DNA from: Tubulanus polymorphus
Lineage: Eukaryota; Animalia; Nemertea
Direction: 5' to 3'
Assembly (NCBI RefSeq): GCF_964204645.1
Contig: NC_134025.1
Coordinates: 21,742,299 to 21,806,298, forward strand
Length of the DNA stretch: 64,000 nucleotides
In this document: one piece after another, positions 1 through 13,400 of the stretch
How positions within the stretch are numbered: position 1 is the first letter of the stretch
How the letters are laid out: every line of letters starts with the position of its first letter
Notes under the pieces: model-generated
What the model saw: only the letters and a program-made list of their open reading frames with translations
Databases searched by the model: none
Told to the model about the DNA's origin: nothing
Made by a program: the position numbers and the translations under genes

Positions 1-509
1 CGAGCTCACCTGAACGCGATTTGCATACCGACGACGAGGTATGAATATGCAAATCATCCCCAGGTGATACATTGAGAAGAATACAAGCCACGAGCCTAAT
101 GAGCGTACTTTTGAGGATCGACTAAAAATTCCAATTCCTTGCGGTTTTCTGAAGACATGCGTATATATACATCGCGCATAAGTGAATTATGTTATTATAC
201 TACCTGGCGACGTAAAAGATATTAACTTTAACCCGGGGGCTAGCTCAATTCATTTTCAATTAAGTTAGCCCCGGGGTTGAAGTTAATACAGCCTATAAAA
301 CTGGGCCCAGTATCACCCTTAACAAGGATTGAGTTGACCCAGGGATGAAGTTGATAGTATGTATAAAAACGGGCACTGAATACTTCGTCACACTCCGTCA
401 TTAGACTATTAGCTAAATTACAGGTACCGTTATCTGTCCTTTTATCATAAAGGGTTTTGGCAGAAACATCGGGCAGAGTTTCCATAGACAAGTCTGTCTG
501 ATATCACTA

Positions 510-642
510 AAGCGAAAAATTCACAATCAGATGGAAAAACTAGGAGAGAATCTGACGTTTCGACTCAATGGCTCGTAGATTTGAGTCGAAACGTCATATT
601 CTCTCCTAATTTTGTTCATCTTATTGCGGGTTTGTCACTTTA
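510..642. repeat. Fold-back repeat; inverted second copy at ~7355-7560; contains the 3' half of a hammerhead-like motif
   Basis: Arms gagagaatctgacgtttcgactc / gagtcgaaacgtcatattctctc; homologous flank ttccatagacaag..tgatatc is shared with the 7.4-kb copy. Confidence 0.65.
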
Positions 643-2322
643 CCGTGCTATTGGAAGTCATAAAAGTCTCGATTCGAAAGAGATCTTGCCGCGAAGACCG
701 AAAATGTTACGTTATAAAACGACCATCAGGTGTACTACGCGATTGCGTTGAAAATTACTATTTTTCACAATTCCAGAGAGTCTAAGCTCGCATGCACGCG
801 AATATTCCATCTCATTTCTATCGTATCGCGTACGAAGTGCCGCTAAGGGTTCTCGCCATTCATTCTCCAGTGATTACCCGAAATGGAATTATCACTGACT
901 ATACCAGGAGTTGCTCTTCTTGGTTTACAAGTTAATTGCCAAATTAATTGAAGGCTTAAGTAAGAACGCCGAACTCCGCCGAGCCTGTAATGGAAATGAA
1001 GATGACGAGCAACATTTCAATTTCCACAGTTTTCTATTAGCTAAATTGGACGACTATTCGTCGCTAATTGTAAGATGCAACTTTAGATACGTCGCATTTG
1101 TCGAGAGTCAATCTGTCAATCAATCTGATTCGATTGCAGGAGTCAAGCCTGTAGCTGATCGCCCGGAACTTCCATCTCGAGACGTCAGCGTTAACCAACA
1201 ACACAGGTTGTCAAAGCGGATTAGCATAGTTATCATAAAATCATCATCTGATTATCCCTCGGACTGCTTCTTTTCTCACTTTGTACCAATATCTGGATTT
1301 GTTGAAATTCTTGGAGAACAATAATTGTTACGCCTTTGTGATTGTTTACTTCTTGGCTCATGCCCGTCCTAAGCTTAACAGCTCCACTTACGAACTCATT
1401 TACTTTTCTTTAAAGCTACATTATGTGAGACAAATTTGTATAAACGATGCAATTTCAACAAATCTATATATTGGAGGTACTGGTCGATCGGCTACAGGTT
1501 TGACTCTTGCAATCGAATCAGATTGATCGACAGATTGACTCCTTACAAATCCATCCACACATGTAGCTTGATGAAAAAATAAATGCCTTCGTAAGTGCAG
1601 CTGTTAAGCAAGCGATGGGCATGCGCCACTTTATTAGAAGTAAACAATCAGAAAAGCGCAAAATGTTCTTCAAGAATCGCGTTTTCTTTTTATTATCGAA
1701 TTTGAATTTATGCGTATTTGAACAAAGATCGAACGTAACATCCAACAGTATTCGACTGAACAGTTTTCTAAATTTGACTAAATAGTTTCGACAGATTTTA
1801 TCACCATCGGAGCACCCACTGGCAAGCGAGTACCACCCGCCAAAGCTCGGTCGCGCCTGCTTTCGCGTCCCCCTTTCTTTGGGGGAAAATTATGCACAGC
1901 TTGGCTAGAGTTCTCTGATCAATTGTGCAGTGAAAGTTTCCCCGCTGAAATGACTTTTCTTGATGTTGCAGTCGGTTCGATCAGGCGATACTAAAGAATC
2001 TATTAAAGACTGATTACGATGCATGGTGTTTGGCGTACTTGCCGGTGGCGGTTCGCCTAGGTCACCCGATAAGTCGACGGCGTAATGAACCGTAATATTA
2101 AACAGCCTTATTAGGAGTTGATTAAGACGTAAAACACAAAATTTTCCTCTTTGATCAACCGAAACGACGACGTGAAATGAGTTTCGATGAAACGAACAGT
2201 CGATATATAAATATAGTATTTTCGGAAACATTTATTCGTCGGAAAACTAAAACCTTTTATATGGTGTACAAACAACCTCAAGCAGTCAATGAATAAAACA
2301 ATAAAATCATTCGGAACTCTAT

Positions 2323-2480
2323 ACCCCCTCCCTCCATCCCTCCCTCCCTCTCTCCCTCCCTCCCTGCCTCCCTCTCTCCCTGCCTCCCTCCCTCCCTCTC
2401 TCCCTCTCTCCCTCCCTCCCTCCCTCCCTCCCCCTCCCTCCCTCCCTCCCCCTCCCTCCCTCCCTCCCTCCCCCTCTCCG
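2323..2480 (+). repeat. (CCCT)n-like C-rich microsatellite
   Basis: Seen directly; it produces the spurious LPPS ORF. Confidence 0.95.
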
Positions 2481-2831
2481 TTATTTAATCATTTTATTAT
2501 TAATCATTTTATTGAATTGGATCAGGTTGGATGGAAGATTGTTTATCTGAACCGGAACCGAATTTCCAGTTTCTAAGGTCTAAATATAAAATCTACTTCA
2601 ATATTTAAGCTCCCTGCTTCATTGTTTAGAGGTTTGGTGGAGTTGTAAGGAACGCATTTTAAATAAATAGGCTTATGATAGGAAAACAAACATACATCAC
2701 AATATCTCCGTGAAAAAAATGATACAATTCGTCGAAACACTATACTCTTCCATTCCCTGTCTGCAAACATATCGTTGATAAGTTTAAAATATTAAAAAAC
2801 GAATTCTATTTCCCAAGAATCAAAATCAAAA

Positions 2832-2870
2832 TACACGACGTTTCGAACTTTCACATCATCGTCAGATGTA
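2832..2870 (-). ncRNA. Minimal type I hammerhead ribozyme-like motif (Penelope-type)
   Basis: Minus strand reads TACAT-CTGACGA-T-gatgtgaaagttc-GAAAC-GTC-GTGTA: intact core, GUC site, stem I pairing, weak stem II. Confidence 0.55.
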
Positions 2871-5800
2871 ATAAACTTCGTTTACCTATCTTTTGAATTC
2901 TGTGATGGGTTTTAAACTTATACTTATCGTCTTCACGTCAGAGTGTGTCTTTTCTAACGGAGTATATGGTTCTTTATTGCCTACGTGTATATACTTCAAT
3001 AGACATTGATTTGAAAAAAGATTTTCAACAAGAGGCTGTGCATCGTGTTCGTCGATTTCAAGTAGATCTCGCGTCTACCCGTGATTGAAGGAAACTGTTC
3101 AGAGATTCGGTCTCTCAGAAAGCTAAGCGATTTTGAATCACGTGAAATAAGATTTTCGACGTTAAACGTAACGGGAATAATATCACCGTAATTGGACGCT
3201 GTCTTATCGTCTGTACTGAACGAGGTATATACATCGAGAGGCGCAGTTGATTATCAGACGCCTGCAGGGTAGGCCCGGGGAATGTTAACAGATCGAAGCC
3301 CGCAGGGTCACACTGTCACGACGGCGCCGAACGTGAATAAATGGTAATTCTATTTAGACAGTTTCTGAAATAATTGTAATCCCTAAATTAGCATGACGAA
3401 GTTTGGATCATTATGGTTTATTGCCCTTCGCTTAAGCCGATTTATTTCAAATTCATTCCAATCTGTCCATATAGTACAGGTTTTTGAGCGAATTTAAAGG
3501 GTCTCCAGGGGGCTTGGGCCCCATTTTTGCAAAGACAACATTATTGCATGGTAATTCTGTTTTAGAATCACTTTAAATGGCCAGCAAATAGTCACTTTTT
3601 CACATTTTCTTGGAGAGGGTCCCAAATCCCCCTATTAGACTTCGCACCATCGGCACTCACTCTTCGTGTACTACGATGTATATGCACCTAGACTTAGGAA
3701 GTTTTGCCCCCTCCCTTCTAAATTCCTGGAGCTCTATATTTCTTTTGTAACTAGGGTGTTTCATTGATTGATTAATCACGATTTTATTTGAATATTGTGT
3801 CCCTTACAAACCCAGCACTCCTGCCAGCAGCGAAAGGGGGTTGTTTTTGACTCGCAAATCGATGTACAGGAGTTGTGTGATCGGCGGTCGAATTGACAGA
3901 CTTTTTTGTTTGAATTTTAAGTACAGAACTGTGGAAATTTCGGTTCCAATTCACGTTAACAATCTTCCAACCAGCCTGAACCGGCAAGCGACTGGTAAGT
4001 AGGGGAGAAATGCTGCCTATAAATATTCTCTGTTGAACACAGTTTACAGTCGAAGCGTGGTGTATAAATGAATATACCCCTGCACCATGCAAGCGTTGTG
4101 GCAAAGGCAAAAACTATGACTACCATCCAGACGAAAACATTTCCGTCCACCGGAAAATAGGTAAATTCGTGACGTCTATACAAGCGGTATGAAACTGAAT
4201 ACCAACTTTCGACCAACTCGAGATATTTGATTCCTCGAAATTCCTCGTATTTACCACGAAATTCTCGGATCAGCCCTAACTTTATCACACCGATAATGAA
4301 TGCTTCCTTTCCTGCGTATCCTATATATTCGTTTTACCATCCATCGCTTAAGTGGAGGTCCGGAATCATTGGACAGATAGTAATGATAATGAAAAAATAC
4401 CCATCAATGATGAACACGACTTCCCTTTTGGGTGATATTTCGGGCCAGTTTTTAACTTATTGTAGTCACCAAAATATTAGAAATCTCCCGCCAAAACATT
4501 CTAGTTCTAAGTGTTCCTCGAGGTTGCGCACACGTTTCGGTGTTTGATTAAAGAAATTAATGAAATTACTGACAGTTTTTCTCGAACATTCAACGCGATA
4601 ATAAAAGTCAACGAAATGTATGTGTAAAATGTTCAGCCATGGCTTGGTGACACTTCCGATGGCATATACGTACGTAATCAATTCGCATCAGTGACTGGCG
4701 GCGATTCGTTAGGTTGCCGGTTAGTAATTAACGTTATTCCGCGTATTAGAGATGTATTTCTGATGGGGTTGACCTATTGTTTTATTGGGAGCAGTACCCA
4801 CGTAACGCGAAAATCCATCGCCGGTCGACGGAAGATAAAAGATTTTCAGCCGCATCGTATCAGCGCCTCGCTTCACGGTATTTAATCAGCGCGCCATCGC
4901 TCGCTTGCGCTAAACGAATAAATAAGCCAGAATTCAATATATCGCCTATATTTATTGTGTTTAAAGTGTATCTTTATCAAATAAATTTCAGTGCAATTTA
5001 ATAGCGCCGACTCGTGTCGATGTTGTCTTATTTCCAGGCAGGCAGTCATTAATGACTGACTGCGTACCGTATCTCTGTCGCCGAAACTTACATCTTATAT
5101 ACCGGTATAATGTAGTTGTTTCATGATTCGGATTTCTGGATTTTTCTCATCAGTATCCGTTGCATTGCCAGGTAAGTCATGAGATGCTGCTGTGTGAACG
5201 TCTTCAGGTGCGCAACCTGAGATTGAACCAAAATCACTTAGAGGCCTTCGGAATGAATTGACATGAAATTATTGTTTAATGAATAACTGGGAACTAAAAT
5301 ACATTTCGTCTGCATTAACAATTTATGAGGACTATACAGTCTTTATCGATTTTTTAATAGCAAAATGTACTATCAATGCGAGCTGATCTAATATTTCTGG
5401 AAAACACAACCTATGACATATTCTTCAATTGCTAAAAGAATCGGTTAATATCATTTCAATTTTCAACTGATTTTTACCAGGGACTAATCCTAGTATGGAG
5501 GAAACGTGAAAATCAAACCGAACAAAAAATTTCGTGTGGTCACCATTCTTCAGTGTCATTTTAGACCGAAGAAGGGTGACGAAGAAGGGTTCTATTTCCT
5601 TATTTTTGGTTCAGTTCAGGATCTTCACGTTTTATTACTGCATCATGGATATGGTAACTTCAAAGTAATACATCTAGGTTTCCTGTTTTCACGTTTACTT
5701 TCGAACTATTCTCGCCTGTAATAATTTTTTTCTGCGCATTTTTAGTATTATATTTGAATTATTCTTCGCGTGTGTCCGAATTTACGTTATTTGTTAATTT

Positions 5801-7990
5801 AAAAAAGCATTTATAGTCGAGAGGTATTTTGATTTTGGTTTTCGTAGATAGGTGACTGTCTATAACTCAATTGAAGAAAATTTAAATTTATTTTTTTTTT
5901 AAAGGCACATAGAAAAGAGTCGGAAACTTAAGTTTTTCTTCGTAAATATAAGGTTTTCTCAGGTGCGACGTGGATGTGAATTTTATAAAGCTCACCCATC
6001 TCTTGATAAAACCCGCTCTTATCTGTTTTTACGATATATCATTGTAATTCCCAAGTGTGAGAGAATAACGAATTTACAAAATTTGAACTTCACATCTATT
6101 AGAGCAATGTATACCTGATGAAAATGGCTGTTAGACTACAGCTGAGAAAAACGACGTGCAAATTCAACATATTCTATAGTTTCATTTGTCTTTTTGATTT
6201 ATTATGGCGACTGACAACATGAAAATCCATATATAATGTTTGAATGGTCATGTAATGAACTCCTAAATATCATATTATAATCAAGTACTGGATATTGTCT
6301 GTTGTTTTAATTTTCCAATGTTGTTTTAATTATCCAAGTCGGATGTTCGGATTCTGGTATTGCAGCATCCGAACATCCAACTTTTTTCAATTATAATAAA
6401 ATTCGTCATATGACAATCGTCACTGTTAAGTTCAGAAGAAGAGTGCAGTAGGAAAATGCCCGAAGCTAGGTAAAAGTTAGTTATGACGTTGCAAGTCTTT
6501 GGGGACGTGATTTGAGTAGACGTGACTAAGGAAATGGCCGTGGGCAAACTGACAACCAATCGGAGTCTCTTCACCGAACCTCTGTTTACGGCCCACAGAG
6601 CTGATCCAATTCTATCTTGCTGTTCACCCCCAAATATTGCATCAATACGGATAATTGGAAATATTCCGACGGTTCACAGCCGGGTACATTAGCCGACCGA
6701 ATTTCAGCTGCATTCTTAAATGAAATTAGTTGGTAGGACACGATGTGCTGCGTTATGTCGTGTTATCGAATGTATCGGTGGCCAAATTTAATGAAACATT
6801 CATTTGGTGTAAAATTACCGCTGATTACCGCTTACCAAGGAAGTATCGATCTCGGCGAATGTGGTAGTCCCTCCTCCGACCGGCAACTACTCGTCGGCAC
6901 GGCGGTATCGTCTCAACTTCCAAAACTTTTCGAAAAAGTTTAACACATACAGTTGACGGATTTTCTCAATGTAACGTATACGTTATCAATTGGAGAAATG
7001 ATAATATCTGATTCAGAGGGATGATTCAAATACATATAAATAGTAATTAATTCAACTCAATATCCTGATAACTGTACAATTCACAATATTCATAGATATC
7101 ATGCACGTGTATTAATTCTATATTCGAACAGTACCCTGGACAATCCATGTAAGATACTTGACCTTTAATCATTGCCGCAATGGCCAGTAGCTTACCAGTG
7201 CCTATATAAGCGCATACGTATACTCTTCCATCCACTCTCTCCCTCTCCCTCTCTTATCTGGACATTCATAGAATAAAGATCAATCGTCATATCATACTGC
7301 AATAGTTACAGTCATTTGATACATCTGAGCTGGGAAACTGACGATTGGCGAATAAAGTAAAAACCCACAATAAAATGGAAAAAAACTATATAAGAGAATC
7401 TGACGTTGCGACTCAATTCTATGAGCCATTGTCATTAACATTTGTCTAAATGGCACACAGAATGGAGTCAAAACGTCAGATTCTCTTGAAATTTTTTTTT
7501 CCATCTTATTGTGGGTTTTCACTTAAATTGATATCAGACAATCACTTGCCTATGGAAGCCAATGATATTGGTAAATCCAAAATCAAAATACAAAGAAATA
7601 GATTAAAATAATAAAAAAAAAGTGTCGCAGAACATTCATTGTGGTTTTATGATACATACATGTAACAAAAGCATCAATAATTCTACTTGTCTGAAGATTC
7701 ATAGAAAGTGAAGTGAAATACAAAAATCATTTGCCAAATTCGCATGGTTGCCCAAGAAGCGGGGCCGGACGTGGGGGCGGCGGCGGCGGTCGGCACGGAT
7801 GTGGGTGCGGGGTTCACAAACAATAGCACTAGTTCACACAAGGTCTCATTTTCCTGTCATGTCAATTATCATACTGCGCCAATCCCTGATTATCACTTCA
7901 CTCAAATATTAACTCAAAACAATAAACAACATTTTTCATACGAGAGATAAGGACAAACGACGAAATTGACAAAATCTTATTCGCACCCAG

Positions 7991-8160
7991 GGCCAACTTC
8001 GGTTATCGGAGAGTTAGTCGATTATAGTCGAACTAAGTGAAACCGAATGTTAATTAGTCGGAACTATATTCTGGAAATATTTCGGAAATTAAGCGCATTC
8101 GGTTATTAGTTCCTTCCACTAGCAGACTAGATACGAAAACCGAATTTGGCGAATTTGGCC
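7991..8160. mobile_element. PIF/Harbinger-like MITE (GGCC..TTCGG TIRs)
   Basis: Terminal inverted repeats; inverted homolog at 10139-10372. Confidence 0.6.
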
Positions 8161-10082
8161 CTATGGCTGTCGTATATGGCAATGCAATGGCAGCGCCCTG
8201 ATGTAAATACTTTTCGTATATATCTTTTCTTATTTTAGAGAAACGAATGCCATCATTTCGTCGTATTTCTCGCTAATGATTACACTACAATCTAATAAAT
8301 AAGTTGCGTATCTTGAACCGAGATAAAATATTTCATATGTATAAGGCTAGTAAAATTGATACTTGTTTCTAATTTCTGCTGAGCTTGACCCGGTCGGCCG
8401 CCTGCTTTTTTAAAATCATGATCAAGTTAACCATAACACACCCGGCAGCTCTAAAGAAATGAACTAATTACAAATTTCATTGCAGTTTTCAATATAATAA
8501 CCCAGCCTATAAGGAGAAACCACTTTTCCTTTTTTACCATTAGAAATGAGACTATTTCTCATCTTCAAAATTCCTCAGGCCACTGTGATCAGACCATAGA
8601 AAATTCGGAACGTTGCAATAATTTTCTATTTACTGCAATATCAAGTTTGATTCACAAAAACAAGAAATAACCAATCGAAGTGACGGCATGACGTATTCTT
8701 TTACGTGTTTCTTATACAATTAGGCCAGCCTACCTGTACACATGTATAAAAGTGGTCGGTCTCAACATCAAACAGATTTTCTTTTTATTTGGTCCTAAGT
8801 GTCAACATCAGAATCTCTTAGAATCTTTAAAAAAAGGCAATCATGTCGAGTGTTTCTGTAATGTTCATACAATCCCACAAAAAGGTTTGTTTAGATACTG
8901 CATAGCTTTTGGTGAATCCATGGACTATAACACGTCTTAGAGACCATGGTGGAACGCTATGTCCGTGTTGAGACGATCCCACCCTGATATAACGAGAAAG
9001 ATGAAGTTTCCTTTAAGCTAATAATTCATTGATTTGAAGTTTCTACTGTAACCTAATAGTCATTATCAGGATTCTCGAAATCAACTTTTTGTCACATTAA
9101 TGCGGAATTTTCTAAATTTCCTACTTCACAATTCATGCAGTATTATACATTTTTCTCTTTTATTGCACAATTTTGTTATAAACTCGATTGTCATAAATCT
9201 TTAAAATCATAGCTTTTTGTTATTCGACTAATACGTTCCGACGTAAACACATTTAGTTAGAAAAGTTAGCAGCTTTTTGTGCGCGCCGTGTTGGTGGTAA
9301 TAACTTTATAAGCAACGAATCAAGCGATACCATCAGCTAAGAGCCGAATGTTTTGAAGGATGCTAATTGCGTTAACTACAAAGCAAGTCATATCTCCAGC
9401 CGAATATGACCCTCGATTCGGATTGAGAACTAAACACGAAAAACAATCAACATCAAACGAAGATGATTCGATTGATTCATTCCTTATCATTATACCAAAT
9501 TATAAGCGTCGAGTGTGTACATTAGGTTTTAGGGTATAAGCGCAGCTTACGCGTAAACAAATCCGATCAGATTTCGTGCCGTATTCGATGTCAGTTTTGT
9601 AGGTAAGAATAGTCCTGGTAATGATGACCCATATCAGAACAGCGACAACAGGCCCGTGCCGAGCATCTTGAGGGGCGGGTCTATTTTAAGAAAATGGGCA
9701 CTTTTTCACTGTAAAAAGGGGCACTTTCCTATTGAAAAAGGACAGACTGAAATATTTACCTGAACAAATCATTTGAGAACGGATTAATTTTCAAATTCGA
9801 AAAAAACATGAAAATTGTATCCAAACTTCGAAAAATCTTTACCCGAATTTGTTAACACTGACGTTTAGAAGGGCACTTTGAAAATTTCAGGGGCTTCGTT
9901 TGCTACCCCCGGACCCATATAAGACATAAGACTTCCCTCTAATTTCTCAGGTGATTCACATTATTATGTGTTAAGCATTATCTATCAGATCCTATTACCC
10001 GTGCGAGATAGGGTGCGTATAACAGAGATCATTTAGGGTTTTCTATTCATGTAACGATTTTATTAGAAGTGGCAGCGAGATT

Positions 10083-10135
10083 TACGCGCGCTCGCCGGGG
10101 TTCGAACCCCGGTCTCGTGAGCGTTAACCAGTAGA
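10083..10135 (-). other. tRNA-like fragment (SINE head or tRNA pseudogene) adjacent to a MITE insertion
   Basis: Minus strand has ccggggTTCGAAccccgg T-arm/B-box and a degenerate A-box ttgtctactgg; no full cloverleaf. Confidence 0.4.
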
Positions 10136-10138
10136 CAA

Positions 10139-10372
10139 GGCCGACTTCGGTTTTCGTAGCTAGTCGACTAGTGGTCGGAACTAATAACCGAACACACTAT
10201 AGTTCGGACGTAACGTATTTCACAGTGTCGGCCATCTTTAACCTAGGTCCGAACTGTAGCGACCGTGCTTAATTGCGTGGTCGACCATTTCCGGACTATA
10301 GTTCCGACTAACGGACATTCGGTTTCATTTAGTTCGACTATAATCGACTAACTCAGATAACCGAAGGTGGCC
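10139..10372. mobile_element. PIF/Harbinger-like MITE with 3-bp TSD (CAA)
   Basis: caa|ggccgacttcgg ... ccgaaggtggcc|caa. Confidence 0.7.
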
Positions 10373-13117
10373 CAAGTAGAACTGGTCGGCTCGGTCAGTG
10401 GTTATAAAGCTATTGGTCGTAATTGCGTAACAGCTGTTAACGCAAGCGAAATAATCGTTTAGATATAGATTTTTCGTCATTTTCTTTACGTGTATTATTA
10501 CGTGTATCTATACGAAATCTTGTTCGACAACGGCATCTGCAACGGTTATCACTCCCCCGAGGCGCAAGAGACAATCATCTATCAAACCGCAACATAGCCG
10601 CGGAGAATCATTAGCCTTCCCTGTCATAACTACCGAATATTCCTGCTAACGTTATATCGCAAATTGTAAATTTAAACAACTTTGCGACGCCCGGTAATCG
10701 AAAGATATGCATAACAACGATGTCCCTGAGACACGATCCGCGATTATCATTTCATAATATACAATTGAGTTATCGGTTCATTATTTTTGATCTTCGCACG
10801 CGTAATGGAGTTTTACGTACGGTAAATCGTCCCATAGTTTAGCGAGCGGGCGATAGATATGATTCGGGGGCAATACGACACGGTGATAAATTGAAGGCGA
10901 TTCGCTAACGGCGCTTAAATTCTACGCGGCGTGTCGATGCAGGGAGGTGCTGGAGAAAAACGACTTCGATATATGCTGACATGATAATATATTCACACCG
11001 TCGCCTTCCGGTAGAAGAACTACGCACGTGTTAGGAGGGCTCAATATTTTTCTACCCGAGTAGACGTTTATTTAGGATATGGGAAAAACAACAGGGGCGG
11101 ATATAGGATTTCTTTAAAGGGGGTTGCAGAAAAAATGGGCAACCACTCTTAGCACAAAGGATTAGTCGGGGGTTCTTTGAAGAAACCTTGGGTTCTTGGG
11201 TCTCCAGCAATATATATAAGTTGTAGATTGGGGTTCTTCGAGACATTAAGGTTCTTGACAAAATCTCTTTCTATGGAATTGTTCTTCAAAGAACCTTTAC
11301 CAGGAGGTCTTTAAGGAACCCTACATGGCCAAGATCCAAGCGACGTAAAGCCAAAACAATAGATAGAATGTTCATTGAAGTGCCTGCAAGGGTTCGCCCT
11401 GGGAAGCAAGCCGAAGAAGCCCTAAAGGTTCTACGGAAGAACCCTTTGTTCTGAGAGTGTACTTCATAACCAAAAATCCAGACTTATTTTGGTGTTTTTC
11501 AGCGCATTTGATCTCATTATCAACTTGCAAACTATAAAAAATGTATTAAAAACAAGAAAAAAGTTCAGAAATTTCAGTTGGTTCGCACCCCTCTTGATCC
11601 GTCCCTGAACAATGCACTTTTGAAGATCAATCAACAGGTCAAATGACAATCGTCTATATTTAGAAAATAGCGGTCTTTCTTCATTTTCATTTATCCCTTC
11701 TTGTTGTTTTCTCTTTCGGGACCGGGGCTCGAGAATATCATTGAAACGGCTTCTGATCGGGGTCCCATTCCCAAAATTGCTTCGTTGCGTTTCTTTCATC
11801 TAATCTATATGTTCCACTGTTTTATCATTCGTTTTACATCGTGTATTGTGGTCGGTTCGTACAGCAGAAATAATTTGAAAAATTAGAATGATTTGAGAAA
11901 GATTGCGGTAAACCTCGACTAACTCGGATAAATTTTCTGGATAAGTCGGTCCGAATTAAGCTAAATCCGACTTAGATATGAAAAAGACTCTAGGAAGTCA
12001 GAAAAAAATGATTTCGTTTTTGTACGAGTTAGTCAAAAGTCTCATTTGGCCATGTCCGCGAAGAAGATGTGGTTCGATGTAGTTGCAAGTTTGTTGATGA
12101 TTGAATAATGACGCAGCGAAAGTACCTTTATCTCTCGTGAAATAAGCGTGTCACCACAGACCTCTTAAATTCAATATCTTGATAAATATCAGTGATGTTA
12201 TTTGTCCTCCATTATATCTAATTCCGATTCGTTTTTTGTTTCTCCTCAAAAATTCACCGCCATTTCTCGTATCGCATCATTTTTACGATGGTACAATCGT
12301 TGGACATACGAACAATCAATTCGTGTAGTTTATCTACGTGATACCAGAATGAGCCGCCGCCTTTCCCATTAATCGTTGGACCTATTCTACGCGCTCGATT
12401 CCTCCTTAATTTCTAGTATATAATCGCAATCCTGTTCATAATCATGCGTACTATGAAAATTGTAAACAATTCTTAAAGTTTGGTTACCTTACAGTTTGCG
12501 CCGTTCTGTTGCGAGAGAACGAAGTCGATGGAAGCGCCAACCGGAAATGGGACCGGAGATTCAGATGCGCTGATGACGCTGTTTATCGGGTGGTTGTCGA
12601 CGTTTGGAAAAAGGGATTCGGTAACGAAGTTTTCATCATTAGGCAAATAGGTTATTGGCAATCTGTGCTGGAATTACGGGTGTAATAGAGCGTTATAGAC
12701 GGATAGAGCGGTGGCCCGTAGCTGCGGGCTAAAATCAAAGCTGGGCTGGGCTAATATTATAACGTTCTCGCGGTGCCGTCGCATTGACGCTCGTGTTTGT
12801 TCAAATTACCCACATCAAACAAATCAGCGTCTCTCTACAAGTCGGCCGTCGTTGGCGAGCTTATCCAATTTGGCGAGAAATTTGAACTTAAATTGCAGAA
12901 AATTGCCGCAATCAGAGAAATTGTGCTGGCCACGTACTCGTAATTACGACCGGGTAGAGTTTATTAGCGCGAAGAAAAGTTTTAATGCGCATCGGCCTGC
13001 TCTTCATTATGCCGGCCATTATTCCAACGTCGGTGTAGTACCCTCCTCGAGTTTGTATAAAATCTATCGTTCGGGCAGGTAATGCAAATAAGAGGATGGC
13101 ACGTATATATTACACGT

Positions 13118-13400
13118 GAGAAATCCGACAATAATCCAGCCAAAGATGTAGAGTTCCTTTAGTAACAGAGTATATATTTTTTTGAGGCTCAGCGTCTCGG
13201 CTAAGAATAGCCATCATCAGGCGTACTGATACAGAATAAGTTTACAGGATTCACATTCTTGAAAAAGTATCTTTTGAATCTATTCTGTACTCATGCGCCT
13301 GATAATGGTTATTGTCTTTAGCCGATACGTTGAGCCTCAAAATATGCTCTTTTACCATTGAACTTTATATCTTTCGCTGATTTATTGCAGGATTTCTTTG
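13118..13400. repeat. Inverted repeat with a degenerate hammerhead-like motif in each arm (Penelope-like remnant)
   Basis: Minus arm CTGATGA-T-GGCTA..TAGCC-GAGAC-GCT; plus arm CTGATAA-T-GGTTA..TAGCC-GATAC-GTT; arms ~125 bp. Confidence 0.6.

Noticed and set aside
3784-4885. Cluster of 60-110 aa ORFs
   Set aside because: No recognisable motifs or consistent exon chain; overlaps dispersed repeats (3866-3930 resembles 60100-60170; 3930-3980 resembles 2522-2570)
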